A stretch of DNA of 64,000 nucleotides from Verrucomicrobiota bacterium (GTDB taxonomy: Bacteria > Verrucomicrobiota > Verrucomicrobiia > Opitutales > Oceanipulchritudinaceae), in assembly GCA_050485245.1 (NCBI GenBank), contig JBJHBA010000013.1:56992-120991 (forward strand). Direction: 5' to 3'. The notes under the pieces were generated by a model that was not told where the DNA came from, searched no databases, and saw only the letters and a program-made list of their open reading frames with translations. A program made the translations under genes and the position numbers. Within the stretch, counting starts at the first letter, position 1. Each line of letters opens with the position of its first letter. Below, piece after piece: positions 37,956-46,748 of this stretch.

Positions 37956-39470
37956 ATGAACGATCTATCGAGTCTTCGTGTGCTGACCGACACCCATTCC
38001 TGGGTGGCCATTCTTCCTGAAATCATCCTCGGAGTCAGTGCCCTGTTGCTGCTGGTGCTGGAAGTGGGCCTGCCCAAACTGCGCAAATCGATTCCTGCCA
38101 TCGCCATTGCCCTTCAAGGCATCGTCCTCGCCTATGTCCTGTGGCTGATTATCGGGGTGAGCCGGGCGGGGCCCGAAAGCTACTTCGCCGGAATGATTCT
38201 GCAGACGGGCACCACTGACCTGATGCGGGCCTTTTTCATCGGCTCCGGAGTGGTGGTTTCCCACCTCGGCATGGTCTACCTGAAGCGCCACCCCCTCGCC
38301 CGGGTGGAATTCTTCCACCTCGTCATGGTGGTGGTCGCAGCCATGATGCTGCTCGTCCAGAGCAGTCATTTTGCCATGCTCTTTGTCGCCCTCGAGACAG
38401 TCACGATCGGCTTCTATATCCTCGTCGCTTACGGCCGCACCAATTCGCTCTCCCTCGAAGCCGGGCTCAAATATCTCATCGCGGGTGCGCTCAGTTCCGG
38501 CATCATGCTCTTTGGCATCGTCCTCCTTTTCGGTGTCGGCAGCAACCCTCTCCTGCCGGGTAGCAGCATCGATCCGCTCCAGTTCGGCAATCTGGCCACC
38601 TTTCTCGCTGCCAGCGGTGAAGCCGGACCCAATGCCCACAACCTGATGGCCCTGATCGGCGCTGGCCTCGTGCTTTCGGGTATCGCTTTCAAAATCGGTC
38701 TCGTTCCTTTCCAGATCTGGATCCCCGATGTCTACCAGGGCGCGCCGACTCCGATCACCGCCTTTCTCGCCGTTGCTTCCAAGGCGGCCGGGGTGATGCT
38801 GCTCATCCTCCTCCTGAGCGGTCCCTTTGCGGCGCTCTCCCACCTGACCACTCCGCTGCTCACCGTGCTGACCGCACTGACCTTACTTTTCGGGAATCTC
38901 GCCGCCCTGCCGCAGCGCAACGTCAAGCGCCTGATGGGACTCTCCGGCGTGGCCCATGCCGGCATCCTGCTCCTCGGTGTCATCGCCTCCAGCCAAGTGC
39001 CCTGGGCCGCCACCGCCGTCCTCTTCTATCTCTTTGTCTATGCCCTCGCTTCCTTCGGGGTGTTTGAGGTCATGGCCCATGTCGGCGCGGACAATGATGC
39101 CGATCAGGAAATGGAGTATTACAGCGAGCTGATGCAGAAACAACCGGGGCTCGGTGCTGGCCTCGCCATTGGCTTGGGCTCACTCGCCGGCATCCCCCCG
39201 CTCGCCGGGTTCATTGCCAAGTTGCTGATCTTTTACGCGGCCTTTCAGGCCGGTCTCTATGTCCTCCTCGGGCTGGCCATTTTTGGCGTCATCCTGTCCA
39301 TTTACTACTACTTCGGCTGGATGCGGGCCTCGGTGATGAAAGGCCTCTTCCTCGATCAGGAATGTCCGGAAGTCAGAATCCCCGGCAGCGGTGCCAAAGT
39401 CATTCTCTACACTGTCAGCGCACTGACCGTCGTTCTTGGGCTCTATCAGGGAATGATCAACTTGGGCTGA
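37956..39470 (+). CDS. nuoN: NADH-quinone oxidoreductase subunit N
   Basis: Antiporter-like subunit with PFQIWIPDVYQGAPTPITAFLAVASKAAG. It is the last gene of the operon. Confidence 0.9.
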   Translation: MNDLSSLRVLTDTHSWVAILPEIILGVSALLLLVLEVGLPKLRKSIPAIAIALQGIVLAYVLWLIIGVSRAGPESYFAGMILQTGTTDLMRAFFIGSGVVVSHLGMVYLKRHPLARVEFFHLVMVVVAAMMLLVQSSHFAMLFVALETVTIGFYILVAYGRTNSLSLEAGLKYLIAGALSSGIMLFGIVLLFGVGSNPLLPGSSIDPLQFGNLATFLAASGEAGPNAHNLMALIGAGLVLSGIAFKIGLVPFQIWIPDVYQGAPTPITAFLAVASKAAGVMLLILLLSGPFAALSHLTTPLLTVLTALTLLFGNLAALPQRNVKRLMGLSGVAHAGILLLGVIASSQVPWAATAVLFYLFVYALASFGVFEVMAHVGADNDADQEMEYYSELMQKQPGLGAGLAIGLGSLAGIPPLAGFIAKLLIFYAAFQAGLYVLLGLAIFGVILSIYYYFGWMRASVMKGLFLDQECPEVRIPGSGAKVILYTVSALTVVLGLYQGMINLG

Positions 39471-39472
39471 TC

Positions 39473-40810
39473 TCAGTCGATCGAGATCCACTCTTCCGTG
39501 TCAAGAATCCAAAAGACCCGTGGATTGGAAGTGCCCGGATGGTAGGCGAGCCAGCCATAGCCTGAAAAATCATAGAGCCAGCCGTATTTTTCAGATAAGG
39601 CGAACGTCCATCCCAAGGAAAGGTCCCACACCCACCATCCATGTGATATGGCCTTCTCTTCATCAAACCACCACCAGCCGTGGTCTTCGTGCCAGAGCCA
39701 GGGATAGAAGGTGTCATTGACCCAACCAATATGGAAATGCCTCAACCACCCGTCGGCATGACGATGTGTCCCGAGAAAGCGCGACGGCCGTTCCACCCGC
39801 TCAAGTTCGACTGGAAAGCGGATTCCGCGCAGAGTTAAGGGAATGCCGATTTCCATCCAGAGTTCATTTTCAAAATGGGCTTCTTGGATATAAGCGCTCC
39901 GGACCCATGCGCCTGATTCGTCCTGATATGCGAAGTTGGCCCGAACGACCCGAATTTCAGAGTCCTCCCGCCCATCCAGACGAAATACGGCAGCACCAAT
40001 CCCGATATTTTCCTCTCCGACGGCGGCAATCTGCGGACCTTCCCCCACAATGTGCACCAGCTCGATCCGCGCTTCCAAGTCTTCGGCCGTCAGCTCTATC
40101 GCTTGGCCATTCTCGATCGAGAAGACGCGGAAATAAGGGATTCCGCAGCAAACATCATCGCGGTTATCAAACACGTACCAGCGGGGGCCAGGATATCTGG
40201 TTATCTGATACCCGCCTTCATCCCCGCCACTGGCCATTACATAGTCGACGCCTTCCCAGTTCTCCCGGACCCATTCGGCTAACCGTTCCCCGTGCAACGG
40301 AGTCGGCAGCCTGAAACTCCAGTGCACATAAGGAGCTTCTCCAATCCGATAAGTGCTCCCTTCTCCATACTGCGCCTGCAGGTCTAGCCAAGGTTGATAG
40401 GTTCCTGCTTGAAGGGCTCTATCCACCTGAAAGCTTGGATTGGTCAAAGAAAAATGCCCTGGTACCCAGTACGTCCAGACAGAGGTCTGAGAGATGGCCG
40501 GATCCTTGCCATAGATCAACATCAGGTCATCGAATATCGCGGCCACTTTCTCCGGATTCGCCTCCAGTTCGCCGTCTTCCAGCAGCGTCAAATGCACCGC
40601 CCGATTCATCGCCGCTTCTTCCAGATCCCATCCTCCATACCTCCAGGAGGGAGTGTACCACATTTCAGCATCTTCGGGATCGTAAAACTCCCGCTCAAAT
40701 CGTTCCCCCTCCGGGAAATCGGTCTGCGCCTCCAGTGGAGATAGCATGATGCAAAGCGCAGAGATGAGAGTGCCTATGCTTGGATTCCGATAGAAAGAAG
40801 TGACAAACAT
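39473..40810 (-). CDS. Hypothetical secreted protein with Trp-rich C-terminal repeat module
   Basis: 445-aa ORF with signal-like N-terminus IGTLISALCIMLSPLEAQ and non-shadow amino-acid composition. The last 92 aa contain 15 Trp in repeated GW-x-W/Y motifs. No family recognised. Confidence 0.6.
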   Translation of the reverse strand: MFVTSFYRNPSIGTLISALCIMLSPLEAQTDFPEGERFEREFYDPEDAEMWYTPSWRYGGWDLEEAAMNRAVHLTLLEDGELEANPEKVAAIFDDLMLIYGKDPAISQTSVWTYWVPGHFSLTNPSFQVDRALQAGTYQPWLDLQAQYGEGSTYRIGEAPYVHWSFRLPTPLHGERLAEWVRENWEGVDYVMASGGDEGGYQITRYPGPRWYVFDNRDDVCCGIPYFRVFSIENGQAIELTAEDLEARIELVHIVGEGPQIAAVGEENIGIGAAVFRLDGREDSEIRVVRANFAYQDESGAWVRSAYIQEAHFENELWMEIGIPLTLRGIRFPVELERVERPSRFLGTHRHADGWLRHFHIGWVNDTFYPWLWHEDHGWWWFDEEKAISHGWWVWDLSLGWTFALSEKYGWLYDFSGYGWLAYHPGTSNPRVFWILDTEEWISID

Positions 40811-40886
40811 GGTCGTCGCCTAACCTGAAACCGGAGCTAAGGTCAATTGATTAGTTTATGTCGCGGCTTGTGCGGTGGGAGCGGCC

Positions 40887-43442
40887 TTAGCAATTGGCGT
40901 CCAGAAGTGCCTGCAGGAATTCGCGCAGGCAAGGCACATCATCCGTCGCCGGATCTGCCAGCATTTCGGCCAAAACCGAGCAGAAACGGGCATGCCCCTC
41001 AGGACCAGCCAGATAGACCGGGAAGGATTCCGGGTTATTCCAGCCGTCGGCAACGAAGTGATTGAATCCTTCGAGAATCCACCGCTTTTGCTGACAACGT
41101 CGTACTTCTTCGCGCTTTTCGGCAAAGATCGGGCTGATCGCATCAAGAAACGCCCGACGCAGGCGATTGATCTCCCGCTCAAGTTCTCGGATTTGCTCGC
41201 GGATGTCTTCCCAGCCTTCCTGCGTCTCGCGCACGAAGTCCCGATAACCGTCGAGTTCCGCCTTGTCCGCATCTGTCAAAGCACTGCGCCCATTGAGCAT
41301 GGCATCAATGATCCGGTCCATATCGCCTTCCGGCCGCTGGTCACCCTGGAAGAATTCGCGGAGGGCTCTGATATGAATGTCTTTCAGGCAGTCCCCATAT
41401 TGTTGAAAGGCCATTTCCAAAAGAACATCTCCGTCGGCTGCCTCCTTGGCGGCTTCGGCCATCGCTTCATCGTAGCTTTTGCCATGCATCAAGCCATGGG
41501 CAAGGGTGCGTTGATAAGTCAGCTGGGCATCTGTCCCGACAAGAACCGGATCGGTCGGTAGAGCGGTTTGAATCAGAATCTGGCAATGACCCGTGACCCG
41601 TGACCATTCACCGCCCACTTCGAGCATATTGCTCCAGGCCGACTCTCGCCAGCCAGCCGCCAGCAGGATATGCAGGGGCATGGTATCACGCATTTCCCGG
41701 ATGTCGCGGAACTCTTCCCGCATCTGCTCGTAGAGAGCTTTAATCTGGGCCTGCAAGGCCTCAATCTGCGCCTTGTAATCCTCGTAGATTGCTTGAATCT
41801 CCGGACAGTTAAAACCGATTTCCACCCAAGATGGCGGCCAGTTGCGGCGGAAATTATGGTTCCGCATGTTGATGTCTTCGTTGAAAATCGCGGCCTTTTC
41901 TTCGAGCCGGGCAATCACTTCCTCAAGCAGGGCTTCCGCCATTCCCCGGATTTCAGGATCATTCGTTGGACAGGGTCCGGTTCCTGAACCATCAGCCGGT
42001 GGAATCACATCGCCTCCTTCGGCCGGGCCATCACCTTCGGGTGGTTCCTCCCGGTCCGGATAGGGCCATGGTGGAGAGGCATCACCGCCCGGACCGACTC
42101 CCGGAGGCGGAGGAGGACCATCACCACCTCCGGCACCGTCTCCGCCGCCACCACCGTTGCCACCGCCGTTACCGCCACCGCCATTTCCTGGTCCCGGTCC
42201 AGGGCCAGGGATAATCGGCCACTCCACGATCGGGGGAATCTTGAAGGCGGGTGGTATCCAAACCATGCGGCAGGGAATATCCTCCGGGTCAAAAGGAGGC
42301 GATTCCAAGGTGGACCCTCGACCTGTGCCGCAGGTCAAGTCAACCCGCTTGATGGAAAAATAAGCCGGGGCCGAAGGGTCGCAGGCCACACTGCCGGACG
42401 GCGCACAATAGGCGTCCACATTGACCGCATTGTAACGGTGGCGTTTGGTATTTCCCCGCAGACACAGTTCCCAGACTTCCTGCATCACCCCAGCGGAACC
42501 AGGTGAGTTCGTCGTGTTCAGAATGAGTTCCAGCTCGGCGATCGCCGGATCGCGCAAGGTGCCCAAGCCTTCGTGCTCACGTGCGTGCGCCTGAATTTCG
42601 AAGGCTTCCCGCCCATCCAGATTGATGATCGCAGCAAAATGCACCTCAAAATGAGGGGTGCCGCAGTCCGTGACCACCTGATCAATGAAATCACGAATCA
42701 GAAATACCCGGTCTCCATTGGTAATCGCCTGATGAAGATGCGACGAAACGCTGCTGGCTTGTGGCGCCGGACCATAGGACAATAAAGCGTTGATCAACGT
42801 GTTGTAGAAAGTTTCATCAGCCGCCCGTACCGCTGTCAGATTGATGATGTTGGGCCAGTGGTGAAAGGGCATGAGGTACTGGTGAGTCAGCCCGCCAAGG
42901 GGAGCAGTGATACTGCCCGCCGTGTTTACCCGGGCTTCCACTTCGGAGAAATCAAGATTGGCGGAAGTATCCACATCCCATCCATAGCCGAGGAAAAATA
43001 CATCCACCCGCCCGGTCTGATCGTGACGGTACTCCGCATCACAGGTGCTGGTAGGATGCTGGAGAGCCGTGATACTGACAGGTAGGGGGGCGGGGGCGGC
43101 AGCGATCATGGCAGGATTGGCCAGCCACGCAAACTGGGTGGTGCCAGGTGCCACCGGGAAACGGAATTGGGCAGGTGTGGTGGTTCCGCTCGGCAAGGAA
43201 ATTGGGATCCAGCCAACCATAAAGTCCGGCGAGTGCCAGAGTTCATAATCATCGCTTACCGTCCCGGTGATTTCCACCACCATCGATTGCTGCCCGGGAA
43301 TCACGACGGAATGGATCTCAGGGGCGGACTTCACTATGGTCGTCGCGAACAGGGTCAGGGTGGATACGAATCCAGTCAACCAGTAGGGCCTCAATTTGAC
43401 TGGCCAAAAAATTGAATGCAAGGGTCGGTGCGGTGCGGACAT
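40887..43442 (-). CDS. Hypothetical large (851 aa) membrane-anchored/secreted multidomain protein
   Basis: Hydrophobic segment YWLTGFVSTLTLFATTIV near the N-terminus. An N-domain of about 370 aa is followed by an 80-aa Gly/Pro/Asn spacer (PGPGPGPGNGGGGNGGGNGGGGGDGAGGGDGPPPPPG...). The C-domain is about 350 aa, Glu/Arg-rich and helical. No family recognised. Confidence 0.65.
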   Translation of the reverse strand: MSAPHRPLHSIFWPVKLRPYWLTGFVSTLTLFATTIVKSAPEIHSVVIPGQQSMVVEITGTVSDDYELWHSPDFMVGWIPISLPSGTTTPAQFRFPVAPGTTQFAWLANPAMIAAAPAPLPVSITALQHPTSTCDAEYRHDQTGRVDVFFLGYGWDVDTSANLDFSEVEARVNTAGSITAPLGGLTHQYLMPFHHWPNIINLTAVRAADETFYNTLINALLSYGPAPQASSVSSHLHQAITNGDRVFLIRDFIDQVVTDCGTPHFEVHFAAIINLDGREAFEIQAHAREHEGLGTLRDPAIAELELILNTTNSPGSAGVMQEVWELCLRGNTKRHRYNAVNVDAYCAPSGSVACDPSAPAYFSIKRVDLTCGTGRGSTLESPPFDPEDIPCRMVWIPPAFKIPPIVEWPIIPGPGPGPGNGGGGNGGGNGGGGGDGAGGGDGPPPPPGVGPGGDASPPWPYPDREEPPEGDGPAEGGDVIPPADGSGTGPCPTNDPEIRGMAEALLEEVIARLEEKAAIFNEDINMRNHNFRRNWPPSWVEIGFNCPEIQAIYEDYKAQIEALQAQIKALYEQMREEFRDIREMRDTMPLHILLAAGWRESAWSNMLEVGGEWSRVTGHCQILIQTALPTDPVLVGTDAQLTYQRTLAHGLMHGKSYDEAMAEAAKEAADGDVLLEMAFQQYGDCLKDIHIRALREFFQGDQRPEGDMDRIIDAMLNGRSALTDADKAELDGYRDFVRETQEGWEDIREQIRELEREINRLRRAFLDAISPIFAEKREEVRRCQQKRWILEGFNHFVADGWNNPESFPVYLAGPEGHARFCSVLAEMLADPATDDVPCLREFLQALLDANC

Positions 43443-43601
43443 GGTGCAGAGCGGTTGAAGGTAGAGGACGCCTCCTGCACTGAACGCAAGGCTCAGATGC
43501 GAGAAGCCTTACGAGCTTGTCCGATGCCCGGCGAAGGAGCGAACCAAAAGAGTGTTAAAAATAAGTAAAATTAATCAGGTATATTAGACACTTGAATGGA
43601 A

Positions 43602-44081
43602 TTATCCGTTGGTACGGTAGCGCCGGATTTCAAAGGCGGATTCCTGCCGGATGACTTCAGGTGCTCCAAACAGGTGCTCAAATGGGGGGAAGCAAGCATC
43701 GCCTTCGAAGTTGCCATACACGACCGTGAGCATGAGTTCGTGGACCTTGGGCAAGGCCTGACGATAGATCTCGGAGCCTCCGAATATCCAGACCTCTCCT
43801 GCGGTCGGATGCCTTTCCAATGCCTCCAGTGAAGGGAGCACGGTGCAGCCCGGGATGATCTGAACCGATCGGGTAATCACAATGTTCTCCCGCCCCGGGA
43901 GGGGCCGCCCGATCGACTCATAGGTTTTCCGGCCCATCGCAATACTCTGGCTCTGCGTACACTGCTTCACCCACTTGAAATCCTCGGGCAGATTCCACGG
44001 TATCCGCCCATGGTCACCAATCACACGATTCTCCGCCATCGCCGCGATGGCCTTCCAGGGTTTGTCAACTTGCTGAGTCAT
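43602..44081 (-). CDS. folA: Dihydrofolate reductase
   Basis: Motifs are AIAAMAENRVIGDHGRIPW, MGRKTYESIGRPLPGRENIVITR and VWIFGGSEIY. Confidence 0.9.
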   Translation of the reverse strand: MTQQVDKPWKAIAAMAENRVIGDHGRIPWNLPEDFKWVKQCTQSQSIAMGRKTYESIGRPLPGRENIVITRSVQIIPGCTVLPSLEALERHPTAGEVWIFGGSEIYRQALPKVHELMLTVVYGNFEGDACFPPFEHLFGAPEVIRQESAFEIRRYRTNG

Positions 44082-44233
44082 GATCGGAAAATGAGCCTCC
44101 CCTCCCAGTGAATCCAGCTGGAAATCCGCAGACGGGCACTTTCGGTCTCAAATGGGCACAACCATTATCATCCAGACTAGTAGTGACGGCACGGCACTGC
44201 GAGAATGGCCGTATTCCGCTTGGGAGGTTCCGC

Positions 44234-44809
44234 CTAAGAATACTTCTTTTGCCACACCTGCCAGAATTCCATTTCCGCCAGAAGCGCCAACGGGTCGCGG
44301 CTGCGACGGGATTCCTGGCAGTCGAACCAGGGCTCCAGTAATTGCTTTTCTTCGCCCGGAGCCAGCGGATGCGGTGGCCCGTCCGGTTCGGATCCATATA
44401 GAAAATACCCAAACAACAAACCCCCGGGCTTGAGCAGCTGATGAACCCTTCGGGCGTAAGCAGGTCGTTCTGAAGGATTGATCGCACAGAGAAAGGTGCG
44501 CTCGTAAATGGCATCAAATGACTTCTCTTCAAATGGATAATGAAAAAAGTCCCCTACCAGCAGGCTGGCCCCCGCAGCCTCACATTTTGGACGGGCGCGG
44601 GCCACTGCGGTTCGGCTTAAATCCATCCCGATCGGGCAATTGCCCGCTTGGGCAAATGCAATGACTTCATAGGCTGAACCACACCCAGGGACAAGAACGT
44701 GACCAAATGGTTTGGTCTGCCTTTGGAGAAAATTTGAAAAATCGCTCGGCACACCTCCGAAGTCCCATGGAGTATGCCCGCTTCGATAGCGTTCTTCCCA
44801 ATCAACCAT
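44234..44809 (-). CDS. SAM-dependent methyltransferase, thiopurine/halide methyltransferase (TPMT)-like
   Basis: Motifs are WEERYRSGHTPWD and VLVPGCGSAYEV (motif I). Start set at MVDWEERY (44809). Confidence 0.7.
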   Translation of the reverse strand: MVDWEERYRSGHTPWDFGGVPSDFSNFLQRQTKPFGHVLVPGCGSAYEVIAFAQAGNCPIGMDLSRTAVARARPKCEAAGASLLVGDFFHYPFEEKSFDAIYERTFLCAINPSERPAYARRVHQLLKPGGLLFGYFLYGSEPDGPPHPLAPGEEKQLLEPWFDCQESRRSRDPLALLAEMEFWQVWQKKYS

Positions 44810-44906
44810 GGATGACCATATTCTGCTTTTCAACCCCTGCAACAGTAGTCGCGCCTATTAACTCTCCAGTCAGGTCATGAATCGGTCTCGTTGCGTATGA
44901 CACGGG

Positions 44907-45359
44907 TCACCTGCTCTCAGCTCCATGAAAGCTCTCCATCGCGAACTCCGCCTCCTCCAACAGTTCGCGCAGCAATGCCAGTCGGTGCAGGCCCATCTCA
45001 GCTGCCAAATGTGCTTCCATCCTTGCGGATGCCGCCAGTAAGGCCTGAACCGCGTCCTCTCCGCGTTTCGTCAGATAGATCCGCTTGGCTCGTCTGTCCG
45101 ATGTTTCCGGCTCCAGCCGGACATGGCCGTGCTGCATCAAATAGTCTACCAGATAGGCCATGCTTTGTTTCGTCATGCCTGCCCGTTCCGCCAATACGGT
45201 AACCCGGACCCCTTCCGCTCCAAGATGGCGATAAACCGCTCCATGAGCGGGTCGAATCTCCGGGAATCCTGCTTCCGCCAGCTCCCCATAGGTGTATGTG
45301 GCGAGTTTGCGGTAAGGGCCACGCAGTAGTGAACCAAGAGAGGGAGATCGGGATGACAT
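44907..45359 (-). CDS. MarR family transcriptional regulator
   Basis: 150 aa with a winged-HTH pattern (VTVLAERAGMTKQSMAYLVDYLMQHGHVRLEPETSDRRAKRIYLTKRG). Confidence 0.85.
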   Translation of the reverse strand: MSSRSPSLGSLLRGPYRKLATYTYGELAEAGFPEIRPAHGAVYRHLGAEGVRVTVLAERAGMTKQSMAYLVDYLMQHGHVRLEPETSDRRAKRIYLTKRGEDAVQALLAASARMEAHLAAEMGLHRLALLRELLEEAEFAMESFHGAESR

Positions 45360-45371
45360 GATGCGAATACC

Positions 45372-45397
45372 TTGACATTAGACAGGTAAACTGTCAA
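45372..45397. promoter_or_regulatory. Candidate MarR operator / divergent promoter region
   Basis: Nested inverted repeats TTGACA-N14-TGTCAA enclose GACAG-GTAAA-CTGTC, in the 63-bp MarR/cupin intergenic region. Further TGACA/GTCAA half-sites lie downstream. Confidence 0.35.
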
Positions 45398-45422
45398 TAA
45401 TAGTCAAAATATCTGACAATTT

Positions 45423-45878
45423 ATGGATGCTGACACTTTCTCTCATACGATTATCCCTGCTATTGACCGTGAAGCACTGGATGTTTTTGGGGTTCGGGTG
45501 ACCGTGTTGGTCGACGGATCGTCGAGCGCAGGTACGTTTTCTCTCGCCCGGCTGGATTGTCCGCCCGGAGCAGGAGCACCACTTCACTACCATGCGGAGC
45601 GAGAGCGGTTTTACCTGTTCGCGGGGCAGCTCTGTGTCACATGTGAGGGGAGGGAATGCCTACTGGGGGCGGGAGACTCACTGGAGGTGGAACCTCATGC
45701 CAAACATGCGTTCCGAAATCCTTCCCGCGACCAGATGGCGATTGCTTTGACCTTGGGTACTCCGGCCGGACACGACCGATTTTTCCATGCCGCAAACGCA
45801 TTGCTCCGATCGGGAGAATTCACTCCTGAGCGGGCCATCCTCATGTGTGCCGAACATGGGATTAACCTGGTGGGCTAA
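45423..45878 (+). CDS. Cupin domain protein
   Basis: The 151-aa protein has a PLHYHAERERFYLFAGQL...G..LEV.PHAKHAF pattern, i.e. cupin motifs 1 and 2. It is divergent from the MarR gene. Confidence 0.75.
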   Translation: MDADTFSHTIIPAIDREALDVFGVRVTVLVDGSSSAGTFSLARLDCPPGAGAPLHYHAERERFYLFAGQLCVTCEGRECLLGAGDSLEVEPHAKHAFRNPSRDQMAIALTLGTPAGHDRFFHAANALLRSGEFTPERAILMCAEHGINLVG

Positions 45879-45933
45879 CTTGCTGATTACGATAATCAGC
45901 CAGACTGGTAGCGACAGCGGATGAAAGCAAAAA

Positions 45934-45964
45934 AAGGCCGGAAGCGGGGGATGCTTCCGGCCTT
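45934..45964 (-). terminator. Rho-independent terminator (for the minus-strand OMP gene; may also stop the cupin transcript)
   Basis: A 12-bp stem AAGGCCGGAAGC/GCTTCCGGCCTT with a 7-nt loop. The minus-strand RNA continues with U7 (plus-strand A-run 45928-45935). Confidence 0.7.
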
Positions 45965-45986
45965 GGAAAAATAGATAGGGAAAGAA

Positions 45987-46622
45987 TCAGAGAGGGATTT
46001 GCATGGAGAGCGTGCCCATGTGGGTCTTCACGCTGCCCTCAGTGATGGAATAGCCCAGTCCGATTCCATACCCACGCTCAAACCACTTCTGGATTTGGGC
46101 ACCGAAGGTGAATGCGGATTCACGGGACTTGTCGTGGCGATCCCAACCGGCGGTGTAAACCATGGTAAGGGAATCTGAGAAGGGAACTTGTACCCCGGCC
46201 TCGAAGCCATAAATCCAGGAATCGTCATTCCCCGGGAGATTGACGCCGCCCACTCGGGTGCGGGTCCATCCGTAACCGGTGCTAGCACCCAGAAATGGCT
46301 GGACTGCTTCAAGTGGAAGCCAAAAGCGCAAGCCACCGGAGAGGTCGTGCCCACGGGCGGTGATGCTGTTGCCGGAGACGTTGGCGTATCCGTAGCTGAG
46401 GATGGCGTCAACATGGTAGAAGCCTTCGGTCACGGCAGCAAAATTAGCCGTGGCACCACCATGGTAACCACTCATGCTGCTGGGCAAACCAGTGTCGCTC
46501 AGGCGGATGTGGCTAGCCTCGAGTTGAAGGTAAGTCGCGCCCAAAAGGTTGGACGGAGTTTCCGCTGCAGATGCTACGGTGGCAGACGCCAGCGCGAGAA
46601 AAGCGAACAGTTTCAGTTTCAT
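45987..46622 (-). CDS. Outer-membrane beta-barrel protein (small OMP, OmpA-like barrel/OmpW-like)
   Basis: Signal peptide MKLKLFAFLALASATVASA. The body has alternating aromatic/Gly-rich strands, e.g. GLRFWLP, GYGWTRT and YGFEAGVQVPF. Confidence 0.7.
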   Translation of the reverse strand: MKLKLFAFLALASATVASAAETPSNLLGATYLQLEASHIRLSDTGLPSSMSGYHGGATANFAAVTEGFYHVDAILSYGYANVSGNSITARGHDLSGGLRFWLPLEAVQPFLGASTGYGWTRTRVGGVNLPGNDDSWIYGFEAGVQVPFSDSLTMVYTAGWDRHDKSRESAFTFGAQIQKWFERGYGIGLGYSITEGSVKTHMGTLSMQIPL

Positions 46623-46748
46623 TCGATTTTGGTCGGTAGGGTTTGGTTTGTAGATCCTGATTATTAGGACAATTCACCACACTGTAACAATTCACGATTT
46701 CGTCAAGATAAACGCTCACTATAGGTAAAGTGTTAATAGAACCACTGC

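Noticed and set aside
41553-41660. Possible lytic transglycosylase (SLT) motif in the 851-aa protein: GWRESAWSN ... GHCQILIQTA, resembling ES..N ... GLMQI
   Set aside because: Only two short segments resemble the SLT signature. The third (AYNxG) motif is absent and the spacing was not verified. This is too weak to annotate without a profile search.
42573-42587. HAREH (HxxEH, inverted zincin-like) pentapeptide in the N-domain of the 851-aa protein
   Set aside because: A five-residue pattern occurs by chance often. I saw no downstream Glu or third ligand in M16-like context.
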